Positions 17,098 through 25,857 of a stretch of 60,860 nt of DNA are shown piece by piece (the stretch's first letter is position 1; each line of letters begins with the position of its first letter). The DNA lies in the NCBI GenBank assembly GCA_041600715.1, contig JBFIJM010000004.1, forward strand, positions 1 through 60,860, read 5' to 3'. Source of the stretch: Candidatus Saccharimonadales bacterium. Its GTDB lineage: Bacteria > Patescibacteriota > Saccharimonadia > Saccharimonadales > 2-12-FULL-41-12. The position numbers were made by a program, and so were the translations under genes. The notes beneath the pieces are model-generated. The model searched no databases and had not been told where the DNA came from. It worked only from the letters and a program-made list of their open reading frames with translations.

Positions 17098-19848
17098 ATG
17101 CTATCCAATGTACTAAGTCAGGTCGGCGGACTCGTCGAAAAAGGTGAATCGCTGGAGATAGAACTTAGATTGCTTATAGATTCCCGAGGGAATATTCCTA
17201 AATTTACTCCTCCGGTTTTTATAGATACTAAAGAATTCGTTGGAAGTGTAATAAAAAAATACTGTACGTCTTCGACATGTAGTATACTTGAACATATAGA
17301 CTTTTTTCAGTCCGCAAACATAGGAAGCGAACCATATCAACGTGTTCGCAATATTAAAACACTTGTGTTTAAAAATGGAGAGCAACAAAAATCCCTGAAA
17401 CATCTTCATAAAAAACGCACACTATTAAATCCAATTTATGTTACTGCCCCTGGTAAAATATCATATAAAGTAGGTGCATCTGCCGAATCTAAATCTGAAA
17501 TTGAAGTGACAACCCCTGATTTGGTTCGCGGAAAACTTCGCCTAAGCATTGTAGATCCTAAATTAAAAGGTTGGCGCATCGATATCACTCTAACAAAGAC
17601 TCTTGAAAAAGCCAGCACTTTCACCGAGGTTAAAAAAATAAGGGATAATCTACTGGTCAAGGGAATAAATATTGATAATTTTATGGAAAAAGCCCCATGG
17701 GAATATGCCGATTTAGTAGAGTTCGAATTAGAATGGATCGGTAAAAAATCAGTTACCCCCATTGATTTCTTAGTAGTGGATACATTATTATCTGAGAGAG
17801 AAAGCTATTTATCCTCAGAACTTGGTGAAAATAAAAACTACCTATTTGAAATATCTCAAATCATCGACCCTAAAATATCCTACTATTTTAAGAATACATC
17901 TAATGTATTGGATAAGTTAAGTCGAGGTAGTATTAAAAGATTATGGAACAACCCCATTGAACTATCAAAACAATCATATTATGATGAGGTTTATGAACCA
18001 ACGCTTGCAGGTGATCAATTCTACCTGACTGATAAGGCTGATGGATTTAGAGCGTTTTTACGCCTTGGCGAACGTGCGGATTTAATAGTATCAAATCCAG
18101 CAGCCACTGATGTATCTGAACATGAGAAGAAACTAACAGACGCTTTGGTCAAAGCCTCGAAAGGGAAACTAGATGAGGGATTAAGCAAATCATCAAGCAA
18201 ATCATCAAGCAAATCATCAGGTAAAATACATATTGCGGATGTTGAGGTCACCCCCCACGGTGTATTTATATTCGATGCCATCAAATATAATGGTGAAAAT
18301 ATTTCACACCTGTCATTTAAAGATAGACTTAAGTACTTCGACAAGATAGCGAAACAAATAGGAGATAAAAAATTACTTTCTTCAAAAGATTTTATTCTTG
18401 TTGCTGGAAAAGAGAAGGATATAAAAAAATCGATCCTTTCAATTCAAGGAACATTATCAAAAAAACCTTATGAAACAGATGGTATGATATTTTCATCAGC
18501 CGAAGGTTCCTATAGTCGAACAAAACATTACAAACACAAACCAGTAGAGAAGATGACCATCGACTTTTTGGTAAAAGAATGTCCCAAGGGTCTTCTGGGC
18601 ATAGCGCCGTATGTAAAAAAACCAAATTATATCTTGTTCTTCCTATTTGTAGGTGTTAATCGGGGGATGTTCCGCATGCTGAACATGGATAGGGTTAAAC
18701 GCTATAGTGAACTTTTTCCAGAATCCCATGGCGACTACTTCCCTATACAATTCTCACCATCGAGTAAACCGTTAGCCTATTTATATTGGCATCCGACATC
18801 GGCTACCTCGACTGAAGATGTGAAGAATCATGTATGTGAAATGCATTATGATGTGAAAAAGGAAGAGTGGTCCTTACACAGGATCAGGACAGATAAAGAT
18901 ACAGACGTTGCGAAAGGAATCGCGTTCGGTAATGATTTTCGCATTGCTGAGCTGATATGGAGGAACTACCAAAATCCGCTAACTGTTCAAGATCTATACA
19001 TTAAGCCACCTGGTGGTTACTTTAAACAACATGATAACCCCAGATACAAGACTACTAGAGCGTTTAATAGTTTTGTTAAAGGTCATCTACTTGAGCAATT
19101 CTCGGGGACTGATTGGACAGTTGATATGGGCGGCGGCAAGGGGCAGGATCTATTTAGATACGCCAAATACGAGTTTAAAAATGTTGTATTCTTAGAGATT
19201 GACGACGATGCAATATCTGAGTTGATCAACCGCAAGTATTCCTTAGGTAAGACGAATGCCAACATGGGCGTACATGTACTTAAGATGGACCTAAATAATA
19301 AAGCAGATGCTAATATACAAAAGATAAAAGACGTCAGATTTGGAATGTCACATAAAGGAGCCCAACTTATCGTTTGTAATTTTGCATTTCATTATTTCAT
19401 TAACGGAAGTGCCGCCGTTAAGAATATTGTATCTTTAGTGGCGGGATTGTTGGCACCAGGTGGTCGATTTATATTTACAGCGTTCGACGGTCGGGCTGTA
19501 TTTAATCTCCTAGCGCGTAACTCAGGCGAATGGACTGTAAAGGAGGATGGCGTTGTTAAATATTCTATCAAGCGTGCTTATAAATCTAACAGCCTAACAG
19601 GATCGGGACAAAAAATTGAGGTTATTCACCCCTTCAGCGATGGTAAATATTACGAGGAAACCCTTGTGAATAATAGCTACATTGAAAGCGCCTTTGGTAA
19701 AGTAAAGATGCGACGTGAATTATACGATTCTTTTGGAACTCTGTTTGGGCGATTTCAGAAAGAAAACCCATCTATGTCAGCGGGATTAAGTTCTGCAGAC
19801 AAAGATTATATTGGTTTATATTATTATTGTTCTTACTTCAAGGCTTAA
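17098..19848 (+). CDS. Tri-functional mRNA capping enzyme (RNA triphosphatase, guanylyltransferase, cap N7-methyltransferase)
   Basis: The N-terminal LEIELRL is a triphosphate-tunnel-type beta strand. The KxDG nucleotidyl-transferase motif LTDKADGFRAFL is at nt 18034..18045. The C-terminal SAM motif I is VDMGGGKGQDL, near nt 19130. The 916-aa length fits ASFV and giant-virus single-chain capping enzymes. Confidence 0.85.
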   Translation: MLSNVLSQVGGLVEKGESLEIELRLLIDSRGNIPKFTPPVFIDTKEFVGSVIKKYCTSSTCSILEHIDFFQSANIGSEPYQRVRNIKTLVFKNGEQQKSLKHLHKKRTLLNPIYVTAPGKISYKVGASAESKSEIEVTTPDLVRGKLRLSIVDPKLKGWRIDITLTKTLEKASTFTEVKKIRDNLLVKGINIDNFMEKAPWEYADLVEFELEWIGKKSVTPIDFLVVDTLLSERESYLSSELGENKNYLFEISQIIDPKISYYFKNTSNVLDKLSRGSIKRLWNNPIELSKQSYYDEVYEPTLAGDQFYLTDKADGFRAFLRLGERADLIVSNPAATDVSEHEKKLTDALVKASKGKLDEGLSKSSSKSSSKSSGKIHIADVEVTPHGVFIFDAIKYNGENISHLSFKDRLKYFDKIAKQIGDKKLLSSKDFILVAGKEKDIKKSILSIQGTLSKKPYETDGMIFSSAEGSYSRTKHYKHKPVEKMTIDFLVKECPKGLLGIAPYVKKPNYILFFLFVGVNRGMFRMLNMDRVKRYSELFPESHGDYFPIQFSPSSKPLAYLYWHPTSATSTEDVKNHVCEMHYDVKKEEWSLHRIRTDKDTDVAKGIAFGNDFRIAELIWRNYQNPLTVQDLYIKPPGGYFKQHDNPRYKTTRAFNSFVKGHLLEQFSGTDWTVDMGGGKGQDLFRYAKYEFKNVVFLEIDDDAISELINRKYSLGKTNANMGVHVLKMDLNNKADANIQKIKDVRFGMSHKGAQLIVCNFAFHYFINGSAAVKNIVSLVAGLLAPGGRFIFTAFDGRAVFNLLARNSGEWTVKEDGVVKYSIKRAYKSNSLTGSGQKIEVIHPFSDGKYYEETLVNNSYIESAFGKVKMRRELYDSFGTLFGRFQKENPSMSAGLSSADKDYIGLYYYCSYFKA

Positions 19849-19887
19849 GTAAAAAAAAAGTGAATTTTTTTGTGCTAGTAAAGTTCA

Positions 19888-21336
19888 ATGGCAAGTTCCG
19901 CCTTTGATCTGACTTCGGTCCAAGCTGGAGCCTCTCGGGCTCCAGCTTTCTCTGATGATGAGCTTATTGCATCCGCTATGTTAGCCATCATTGATGAACG
20001 CGAGAATGAAGAAGCGTCTTTGAAGCTTGTGCGTCAACTCCAAAAGGAAGAAAAGCGTAAATTGATCCAAATAAAGAAAGATTTAAAGCTTGCTAAGAAA
20101 TTAGAGCGCAAATCCGCACATCCTTCTCAGCGCAAATCCGCACATCCTTCTCAGCACAAATCCGCACATGAGTTAAGTGCGGAAGAAATTGAGTTTCTCA
20201 AGAGCAAAGAAGAGTCTTGGAAGCTTGTGCGTCAACTCCAAAAGGTCGAAGAGAGTCGACAGATCCAAATACTGGAAGATTTAAAGCTTGCTCAAAAATC
20301 CCAGCTCGCCTTCGAATATCATCCTCAGCTCGCCCCCGAATATCCTCCTCAGCTCACCCCTGCACGGGTTGAACGAAAAGCTTGTCAGTCGCCTCAAAAG
20401 TACCCGAACATTCATTTACCTGTCCCCGAGAAGTTTGCTGTGGGTCGAAGTACTCGGATGCCGGAAAATTTTGGACACAGTAGCGCATGTGCAATTAATG
20501 CTATTCTGGCTGCCGGTAATGATGACATTACTCTTCAGAATATTTGGGATTGCCTCGTTGCAGCGAAGACGAAATTTCCAGGCACGATGAAAGAAGCCAA
20601 GGGAGGTAAGCAGATCGGAGAACCTATTTTCATGATTTGTTACCATCTCCTATTCCCCACGGGAAGAGGATCGTTTTCGATCTTGGCGTATCGCGGCATT
20701 AACCAAGAGACCGGCAAGCACTCGTCCACCACCTTGGTTACTGTCGGTTCTTCTGACGGTCCTCACTTTGACTTCATGCAAACGCACCTGTCTAGCCAAT
20801 GGCGTAACCAGCCGGTTGCTCACGAAAGAGCTACTGCATCGCTCGGACATTGGGTTTGTGTTAATGGGGATGATAGTCGATATATTGAGGCGCTTCAAAA
20901 CAACTTTGATGAGAAGTACCAAGATGGCGATGTCGGTTATTGCGAGGCATGGCATTATTCCGCGATTGGAACTGCAACAGATTATGAAAATGGTGACTCA
21001 GTTGCACGAAATTCTCCAAACTTCCTAGCAGCTCAAGCCCGAGCCCGAGCGCCAGCCCGAGCGCCAGCCCGAGCGCCAGCCCAAGCGCCATCCCGAGCGC
21101 CAGCCCAAGCGCCATCCCGAGCGCCATCCCGAGCGCCAGCCCGAGCGCCAGCCCAAGCGCCAGCCCGAGCGCCATCCCGAGCGCCATCCCGAGCGCCATC
21201 CCGAGCGCCATCCCGAGCGCCATCCCGAGCGCCATCCCGAGCGCCATCCCGAGCGCCATCCCGAGCGCCATCCCGAGCGCCAGTCCGAGCGCCATCCCGA
21301 GCGCCAGCGTTTGCCTATGATCCACACTTTCTTTAG
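19888..21336 (+). CDS. Hypothetical protein: duplicated LVRQLQ helix motif, Cys/His domain, (SRAPA)n tail
   Basis: 482-aa ORF. It has two copies of (S)(L/W)KLVRQLQK(E/V)EE...DLKLA, a central region with GHSSACAINAIL and LGHWVCV, and a C-terminal run of about 17 units of a 15-bp repeat at 21036..21308. Confidence 0.6.
   Translation: MASSAFDLTSVQAGASRAPAFSDDELIASAMLAIIDERENEEASLKLVRQLQKEEKRKLIQIKKDLKLAKKLERKSAHPSQRKSAHPSQHKSAHELSAEEIEFLKSKEESWKLVRQLQKVEESRQIQILEDLKLAQKSQLAFEYHPQLAPEYPPQLTPARVERKACQSPQKYPNIHLPVPEKFAVGRSTRMPENFGHSSACAINAILAAGNDDITLQNIWDCLVAAKTKFPGTMKEAKGGKQIGEPIFMICYHLLFPTGRGSFSILAYRGINQETGKHSSTTLVTVGSSDGPHFDFMQTHLSSQWRNQPVAHERATASLGHWVCVNGDDSRYIEALQNNFDEKYQDGDVGYCEAWHYSAIGTATDYENGDSVARNSPNFLAAQARARAPARAPARAPAQAPSRAPAQAPSRAPSRAPARAPAQAPARAPSRAPSRAPSRAPSRAPSRAPSRAPSRAPSRAPSRAPVRAPSRAPAFAYDPHFL
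21036..21308. repeat. 15-bp in-frame tandem repeat (CCCGAGCGCCA[G/T]C-type), ~17 units
   Basis: Read directly from the sequence. It encodes (A/S)RAP(A/S) in 19888..21336. Confidence 0.9.
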
Positions 21337-21381
21337 TAATAGTTATAGATTTAGTAATAGTTATAGTTAGTAGTCTAATGT

Positions 21382-21395
21382 AAAAAAATTTTTTT
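21382..21395. terminator. Palindromic A7T7 between convergent genes (putative bidirectional T-run terminator)
   Basis: AAAAAAATTTTTTT lies between the stop of 19888..21336 (+) and the stop of 21401..22423 (-). T-runs of 7 or more act as terminators in asfarviruses. Confidence 0.4.
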
Positions 21396-21400
21396 ATTTT

Positions 21401-22423
21401 TTATCTCTTCGATTCTCCAAGTACAGGATCAATAAATTTTGCCGATGCAGATGTCTCCGGGGCAAGATGTCGCACCATAGGCATTAAATGTTTCATCCTT
21501 TCGAGCTCAGTCTCTTTTTTGGAGATTATCCTGACACCTACGCCCTCGGCTGATGGTAATAACTTGACTGGTTTAAGGATATCTTGAACCGTCAGCCTAT
21601 GATTAGATTTTACCTCGTTCTGATCACACGCTTCCTTAAAAAGATTAACCATTTTATCCTTTCTTTGTTGATAAACTTGGACACGCAAGACTTCGACCAG
21701 ACTTCGAGTGTCTTCTTCTGGGAGTTTTTGTATTCCTGTTCGAATTCGATTGGTCAACTCTTGAACTAACTCAGCGCGATTTTCTTTTTCTTCGATCTCT
21801 ATACGTGACTCAGCCTGCTTGTGCATGTCGCGGAAGTCAGCAAATTCTTTCCGGAGAGATTTATATGTTTGCTCCCATACGTCCTTTGCCTCTTTCATAC
21901 CTAAATTCCTAATAAGACTGCCGTCATTACATGCTGCCCATAAATATTTAACGTAATCGGCTTGGCGTTTGCACCAATTATCTTCACGTTCACCCTTCTC
22001 AGAAATACTACTGGGGGTTGACTCGACGTTTTTTACTTTCTTTAAGTAAAGTCTAAAAGCAGATTCTTTATACTGTCCCATACATAACATATATCTGCAT
22101 ACTATCGGAAATTCATGTTGGAACTCTTTATGTTCTTTTTGCACCCATTCAATACGACTTTCTTCGCTTGATTCCTTGAACGACGGGTCGGATTTAATTC
22201 TGTCCAATATCTTTTTCCATATAACCCCGGCCTCACTAGTTGCCTTTTCAATATACTCTTCGGGTGTTTGACCGATATGTTCTTGTTTTTCTTGTACTTC
22301 GACGCCCTTGACTAATTTATTTACAATCTCAACTGGTGTGAGTTGAGATGGGGTTGCAACCAATTCTGAACCTGTTGGTTCAGAATTGGTTTGCTTTTTA
22401 GCGCGTTGCTTTTTTCTGGGCAT
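21401..22423 (-). CDS. Hypothetical protein with basic N-terminus
   Basis: 340-aa ORF starting MPRKKQRAKKQ. No recognisable catalytic motif. Confidence 0.6.
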   Translation of the reverse strand: MPRKKQRAKKQTNSEPTGSELVATPSQLTPVEIVNKLVKGVEVQEKQEHIGQTPEEYIEKATSEAGVIWKKILDRIKSDPSFKESSEESRIEWVQKEHKEFQHEFPIVCRYMLCMGQYKESAFRLYLKKVKNVESTPSSISEKGEREDNWCKRQADYVKYLWAACNDGSLIRNLGMKEAKDVWEQTYKSLRKEFADFRDMHKQAESRIEIEEKENRAELVQELTNRIRTGIQKLPEEDTRSLVEVLRVQVYQQRKDKMVNLFKEACDQNEVKSNHRLTVQDILKPVKLLPSAEGVGVRIISKKETELERMKHLMPMVRHLAPETSASAKFIDPVLGESKR

Positions 22424-22451
22424 TATTAAATAGTATTTTCAGTTGTTTAAA

Positions 22452-23024
<573 letters not shown>

Positions 23025-23057
23025 ATATTATGATATAAAAAAATAGTTTAGATAAAT

Positions 23058-23312
23058 CTATTCTACAGACAGTTTGCTTTGTAAGATATCATCCATTTTC
23101 TTGATCTGGCTGCGTACGAAATTATAAAGCACATGTACTAGTTCGTCAGACGCATGTTTTGTCATAAATTGAGTTCCTGCACCCTTCTCTTTGATGTACT
23201 TGGTGTTCATTGATGAGTTTATCAATATTTGCAGAAACTCCACGCGATTAGGTTTGGTTAGATATTCGATGTTCGCTCCGATGTACACGAGTTCTTGTCC
23301 ACGACGTGACAT
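23058..23312 (-). CDS. Hypothetical small protein
   Basis: 84-aa ORF with an ATG start and a T-run (minus strand) downstream at 23037..23043. Confidence 0.5.
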   Translation of the reverse strand: MSRRGQELVYIGANIEYLTKPNRVEFLQILINSSMNTKYIKEKGAGTQFMTKHASDELVHVLYNFVRSQIKKMDDILQSKLSVE

Positions 23313-23324
23313 TATATTTATGGA

Positions 23325-24257
23325 TTATTTTTTATTTAAATTATACAATTTCCATACTAGTCTGGCCCTTTCGGCGGCTTCACGTGTTGGGTAAGTTTCA
23401 AGTAGATCACATATCAACTGCAGGTATTTATAGTGTTTAAGTAAGCATCTAGTTGCAACCGTCAACATTGATTCCTCCTTAACTGGCAATTTTAATTCGG
23501 GATCATCCTTAGAGTAATATATTTTCCACTCTGAATGGTTCGTCTCAATCGGATCATATACATAACCCTCGTTAATATTTAGCAATTCACCATATGCAAG
23601 TCCTTTAATTTTCTTAGGGGACTTTTGCTCTTTATGAAAAGGATACACTAATTTAGTAAAGAATGTATATCCTTGTTTACTCTTACCTGCCAGATGTTGT
23701 AATTTTTTTGATACGTTTTCAATTTCTTCTATCATGTCGCGCATGTATTGTTTTTCTATATCGCTAGCCGGAGTGGTAATTTTATATACATAATTCTCCT
23801 CCCAAAGGGGTACAAATGGTATGGCAACAACTGTTATTTTATTCTTACCTGGAGTATACCCTGCCGTTCTGACAATGACAGGAACAGTTTCACCCGTGAC
23901 ATATGGGTCAAACATGTGGCGGTTGTATATTTTAAACTCGGAGTATTTATGGGACGCGGATATATCAGCATCTTTTCGTCCAATTTTACAGAAGATAACA
24001 TCGTTTTTATTAAAAATCACAGCTTTAACCTTGAACATAACTGTCGCCATTGCATTTGCCGTATTACTATCAGTGAATTTCCTTGTCGGTGAATTTAACA
24101 CTTCTAAAACTTCCAATATGAAACAAGACATGTAACACTTGCCAAGATACTTTTCTTTTAGTAATCGCATACAAATTTCCTTCGGATTTTGTCCGAAAAT
24201 GTCAGTGCTTGATACCTCGAGTTCAAGCACATCCGTAAGTGTTTTAATGACGATCAT
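23325..24257 (-). CDS. Putative RNA polymerase subunit Rpb7-like (extended form)
   Basis: The N-terminus MIVIKTLTDVLELEVSSTDIFGQNPKEICMRLLKEKYLGKCYMSCFILEV...VMFKVKAVIFNKNDVIFCKI follows the Rpb7 pattern MFF..L...I.L.P..FG......L...EGKC....G.I......V.FKA.VFRP..GEV. The 310-aa length resembles the long Rpb7 homologs of asfarviruses. Confidence 0.45.
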   Translation of the reverse strand: MIVIKTLTDVLELEVSSTDIFGQNPKEICMRLLKEKYLGKCYMSCFILEVLEVLNSPTRKFTDSNTANAMATVMFKVKAVIFNKNDVIFCKIGRKDADISASHKYSEFKIYNRHMFDPYVTGETVPVIVRTAGYTPGKNKITVVAIPFVPLWEENYVYKITTPASDIEKQYMRDMIEEIENVSKKLQHLAGKSKQGYTFFTKLVYPFHKEQKSPKKIKGLAYGELLNINEGYVYDPIETNHSEWKIYYSKDDPELKLPVKEESMLTVATRCLLKHYKYLQLICDLLETYPTREAAERARLVWKLYNLNKK

Positions 24258-24361
24258 TATATTATATTATAGGTTTCAAATTTAGCATGAATTCCTATAT
24301 CCGTCTAAAAAAAAATTGAATACATAATATGTATTATTAAACAACCTCTAATTAAGAGATT

Positions 24362-25357
24362 ATGCAGTCAACTGAAGAAACTATGCGGGCCATTAACGAT
24401 ATGATGAGCGACGCAGTAAAGTGGGACGCCTCTGACGACATTTTTAAAGGTAGAGTTAACAAACTGGTTGAAGGATTTTCTTTGGAATTACAAATAAATC
24501 TCCTTAAAATCGCCAACATAGACATTAAAAAATTGACCAAGCAATATCTCTTGCAGTTTATTGTGAACGAACTTTACGTAAACTTCCGCAAAGAGGCTGC
24601 AATCGCGGAATCTGATACGGTTACTCCGGTCACGACCACGACCACGACCGCCGCTACGACCACGACCGCCGCTACGACCACGACCGCCGCTACGACCACG
24701 ACCGCCGCTACGACCGCCGCTACGACCGCCGCCACTACCGCCGCCACGACCGCCGCTACGACTCCACATGTCGCAGGTAAAGCTGTGCAGAATTGGAATA
24801 TGATCTTAGGAGGCAATACTTCCGTACCAGAGGGTAAAATTATCAACTATGCCAAATCTAAAACGCCTCAAGTTAATGCAATGCAAGTTAGACGCTCGGC
24901 TGGTCAATGGGGTAGCAAGTCGACGTGGGGACACCTTTCCGATCAAAAAGGATGGTCTGTTGCTCTACCTAGAAGAGGTCGAGTTGACAACATATCCGGG
25001 AAAGGGTCACCGACTCGCCCTGATCAAAACGTCACCGCGGTTCGACCTGTAGCACCTGTCAGATCATTGGCTACATCAACTCTACCAGTTACAGGAAGGC
25101 ACTGGGATACAGATAAAACTCGGACAAGCACCTGTAAGTTTTACTTAACTGGTGTCTGTCCAAGACTATCCACCGATTGTATGTATCTTCATAAAACCAC
25201 ATACATGATGGTCGCTGGTAAAAAGATTGAAAAGCCCGTGGGTTGGACCGAAGAGAGCGAAGATGAGAATGGTCAATGGTACTTCAGACCTAACCGACGA
25301 TCTCCCGACTGGTACACCAAGGTAGCATCTGGCAAATGGACCCTATATGTTGAGTAA
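24362..25357 (+). CDS. Hypothetical protein with (TTAA)n repeat and a CCCH-type zinc-finger-like motif
   Basis: 331-aa ORF. The Thr/Ala repeat is encoded at 24630..24762. The C-terminal CKFYLTGVCPRLSTDCMYLH gives C-x7-C-x6-C-x3-H spacing. Confidence 0.6.
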   Translation: MQSTEETMRAINDMMSDAVKWDASDDIFKGRVNKLVEGFSLELQINLLKIANIDIKKLTKQYLLQFIVNELYVNFRKEAAIAESDTVTPVTTTTTTAATTTTAATTTTAATTTTAATTAATTAATTAATTAATTPHVAGKAVQNWNMILGGNTSVPEGKIINYAKSKTPQVNAMQVRRSAGQWGSKSTWGHLSDQKGWSVALPRRGRVDNISGKGSPTRPDQNVTAVRPVAPVRSLATSTLPVTGRHWDTDKTRTSTCKFYLTGVCPRLSTDCMYLHKTTYMMVAGKKIEKPVGWTEESEDENGQWYFRPNRRSPDWYTKVASGKWTLYVE

Positions 25358-25372
25358 GGAATAAAAAATGTA

Positions 25373-25381
25373 TTTTTTTTT
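25373..25381 (+). terminator. T9 run 16 nt downstream of the stop of 24362..25357
   Basis: Read directly from the sequence. Confidence 0.4.
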
Positions 25382-25400
25382 CATTGAATAATATATTTCA

Positions 25401-25853
25401 ATGGGACAATCAGAAATCATTGGACTTTGCATCGTAATATTGTTACTCATATTATTACTATCATGGTCTTGTATGGAACCAGATCACCACCCTCGAAGGG
25501 TAGTGTATGTTGTTGAAGGAGCATCGCAGCCCAACTTAGCGCAAAAGTGGAAGTTAGACACGACGTTAGGAGGTATACCGGTTAACGCTTTGTCTATTAG
25601 CGAACCAAGAAACGCTCCGGGGTCAATAATGATACCAAATAGCATGACATCGCTGCGCAAATTACAAGATGACAGTGACAATGTTACAATGGATGACCCG
25701 GCTAAAAATCGTCTTCAAGAAGGATTCCCCGATATGTCATCCATGCACATGCATAGGAGTTTTTTAAAGAATTCTAATTTTAAAGCAGTGCCAACCGGTG
25801 GCACGGTAAACCGCCGTTTACAAATCGATTCAAATCCTCGCAATGGATTCTGA
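25401..25853 (+). CDS. Small membrane or secreted protein
   Basis: 150-aa ORF with an N-terminal hydrophobic segment (IIGLCIVILLLILLLSWSC). Confidence 0.55.
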   Translation: MGQSEIIGLCIVILLLILLLSWSCMEPDHHPRRVVYVVEGASQPNLAQKWKLDTTLGGIPVNALSISEPRNAPGSIMIPNSMTSLRKLQDDSDNVTMDDPAKNRLQEGFPDMSSMHMHRSFLKNSNFKAVPTGGTVNRRLQIDSNPRNGF

Positions 25854-25857
25854 GCGA

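Noticed and set aside
21036-21308. Regularly spaced short repeats that look like a CRISPR array at first glance (also 22548..22813 and 53044..53151)
   Set aside because: The units abut directly with no unique spacers. Unit lengths are 9-18 bp and divisible by 3. They lie in frame inside long ORFs, and the context is eukaryotic-virus-like. These are coding microsatellites or minisatellites, not CRISPR.
20861-21327. Minus-strand ORFs of 154 aa and 100 aa (LALGMALG... and GWRSGWRS...) over the 15-bp repeat
   Set aside because: These are antisense read-through of a stop-free tandem repeat inside the 19888..21336 gene. The same applies to 22462..22956, 24488..24846, 26634..26816, 53037..53310, 54485..54753, 33352..33756, 33489..33674 and 58081..58968.
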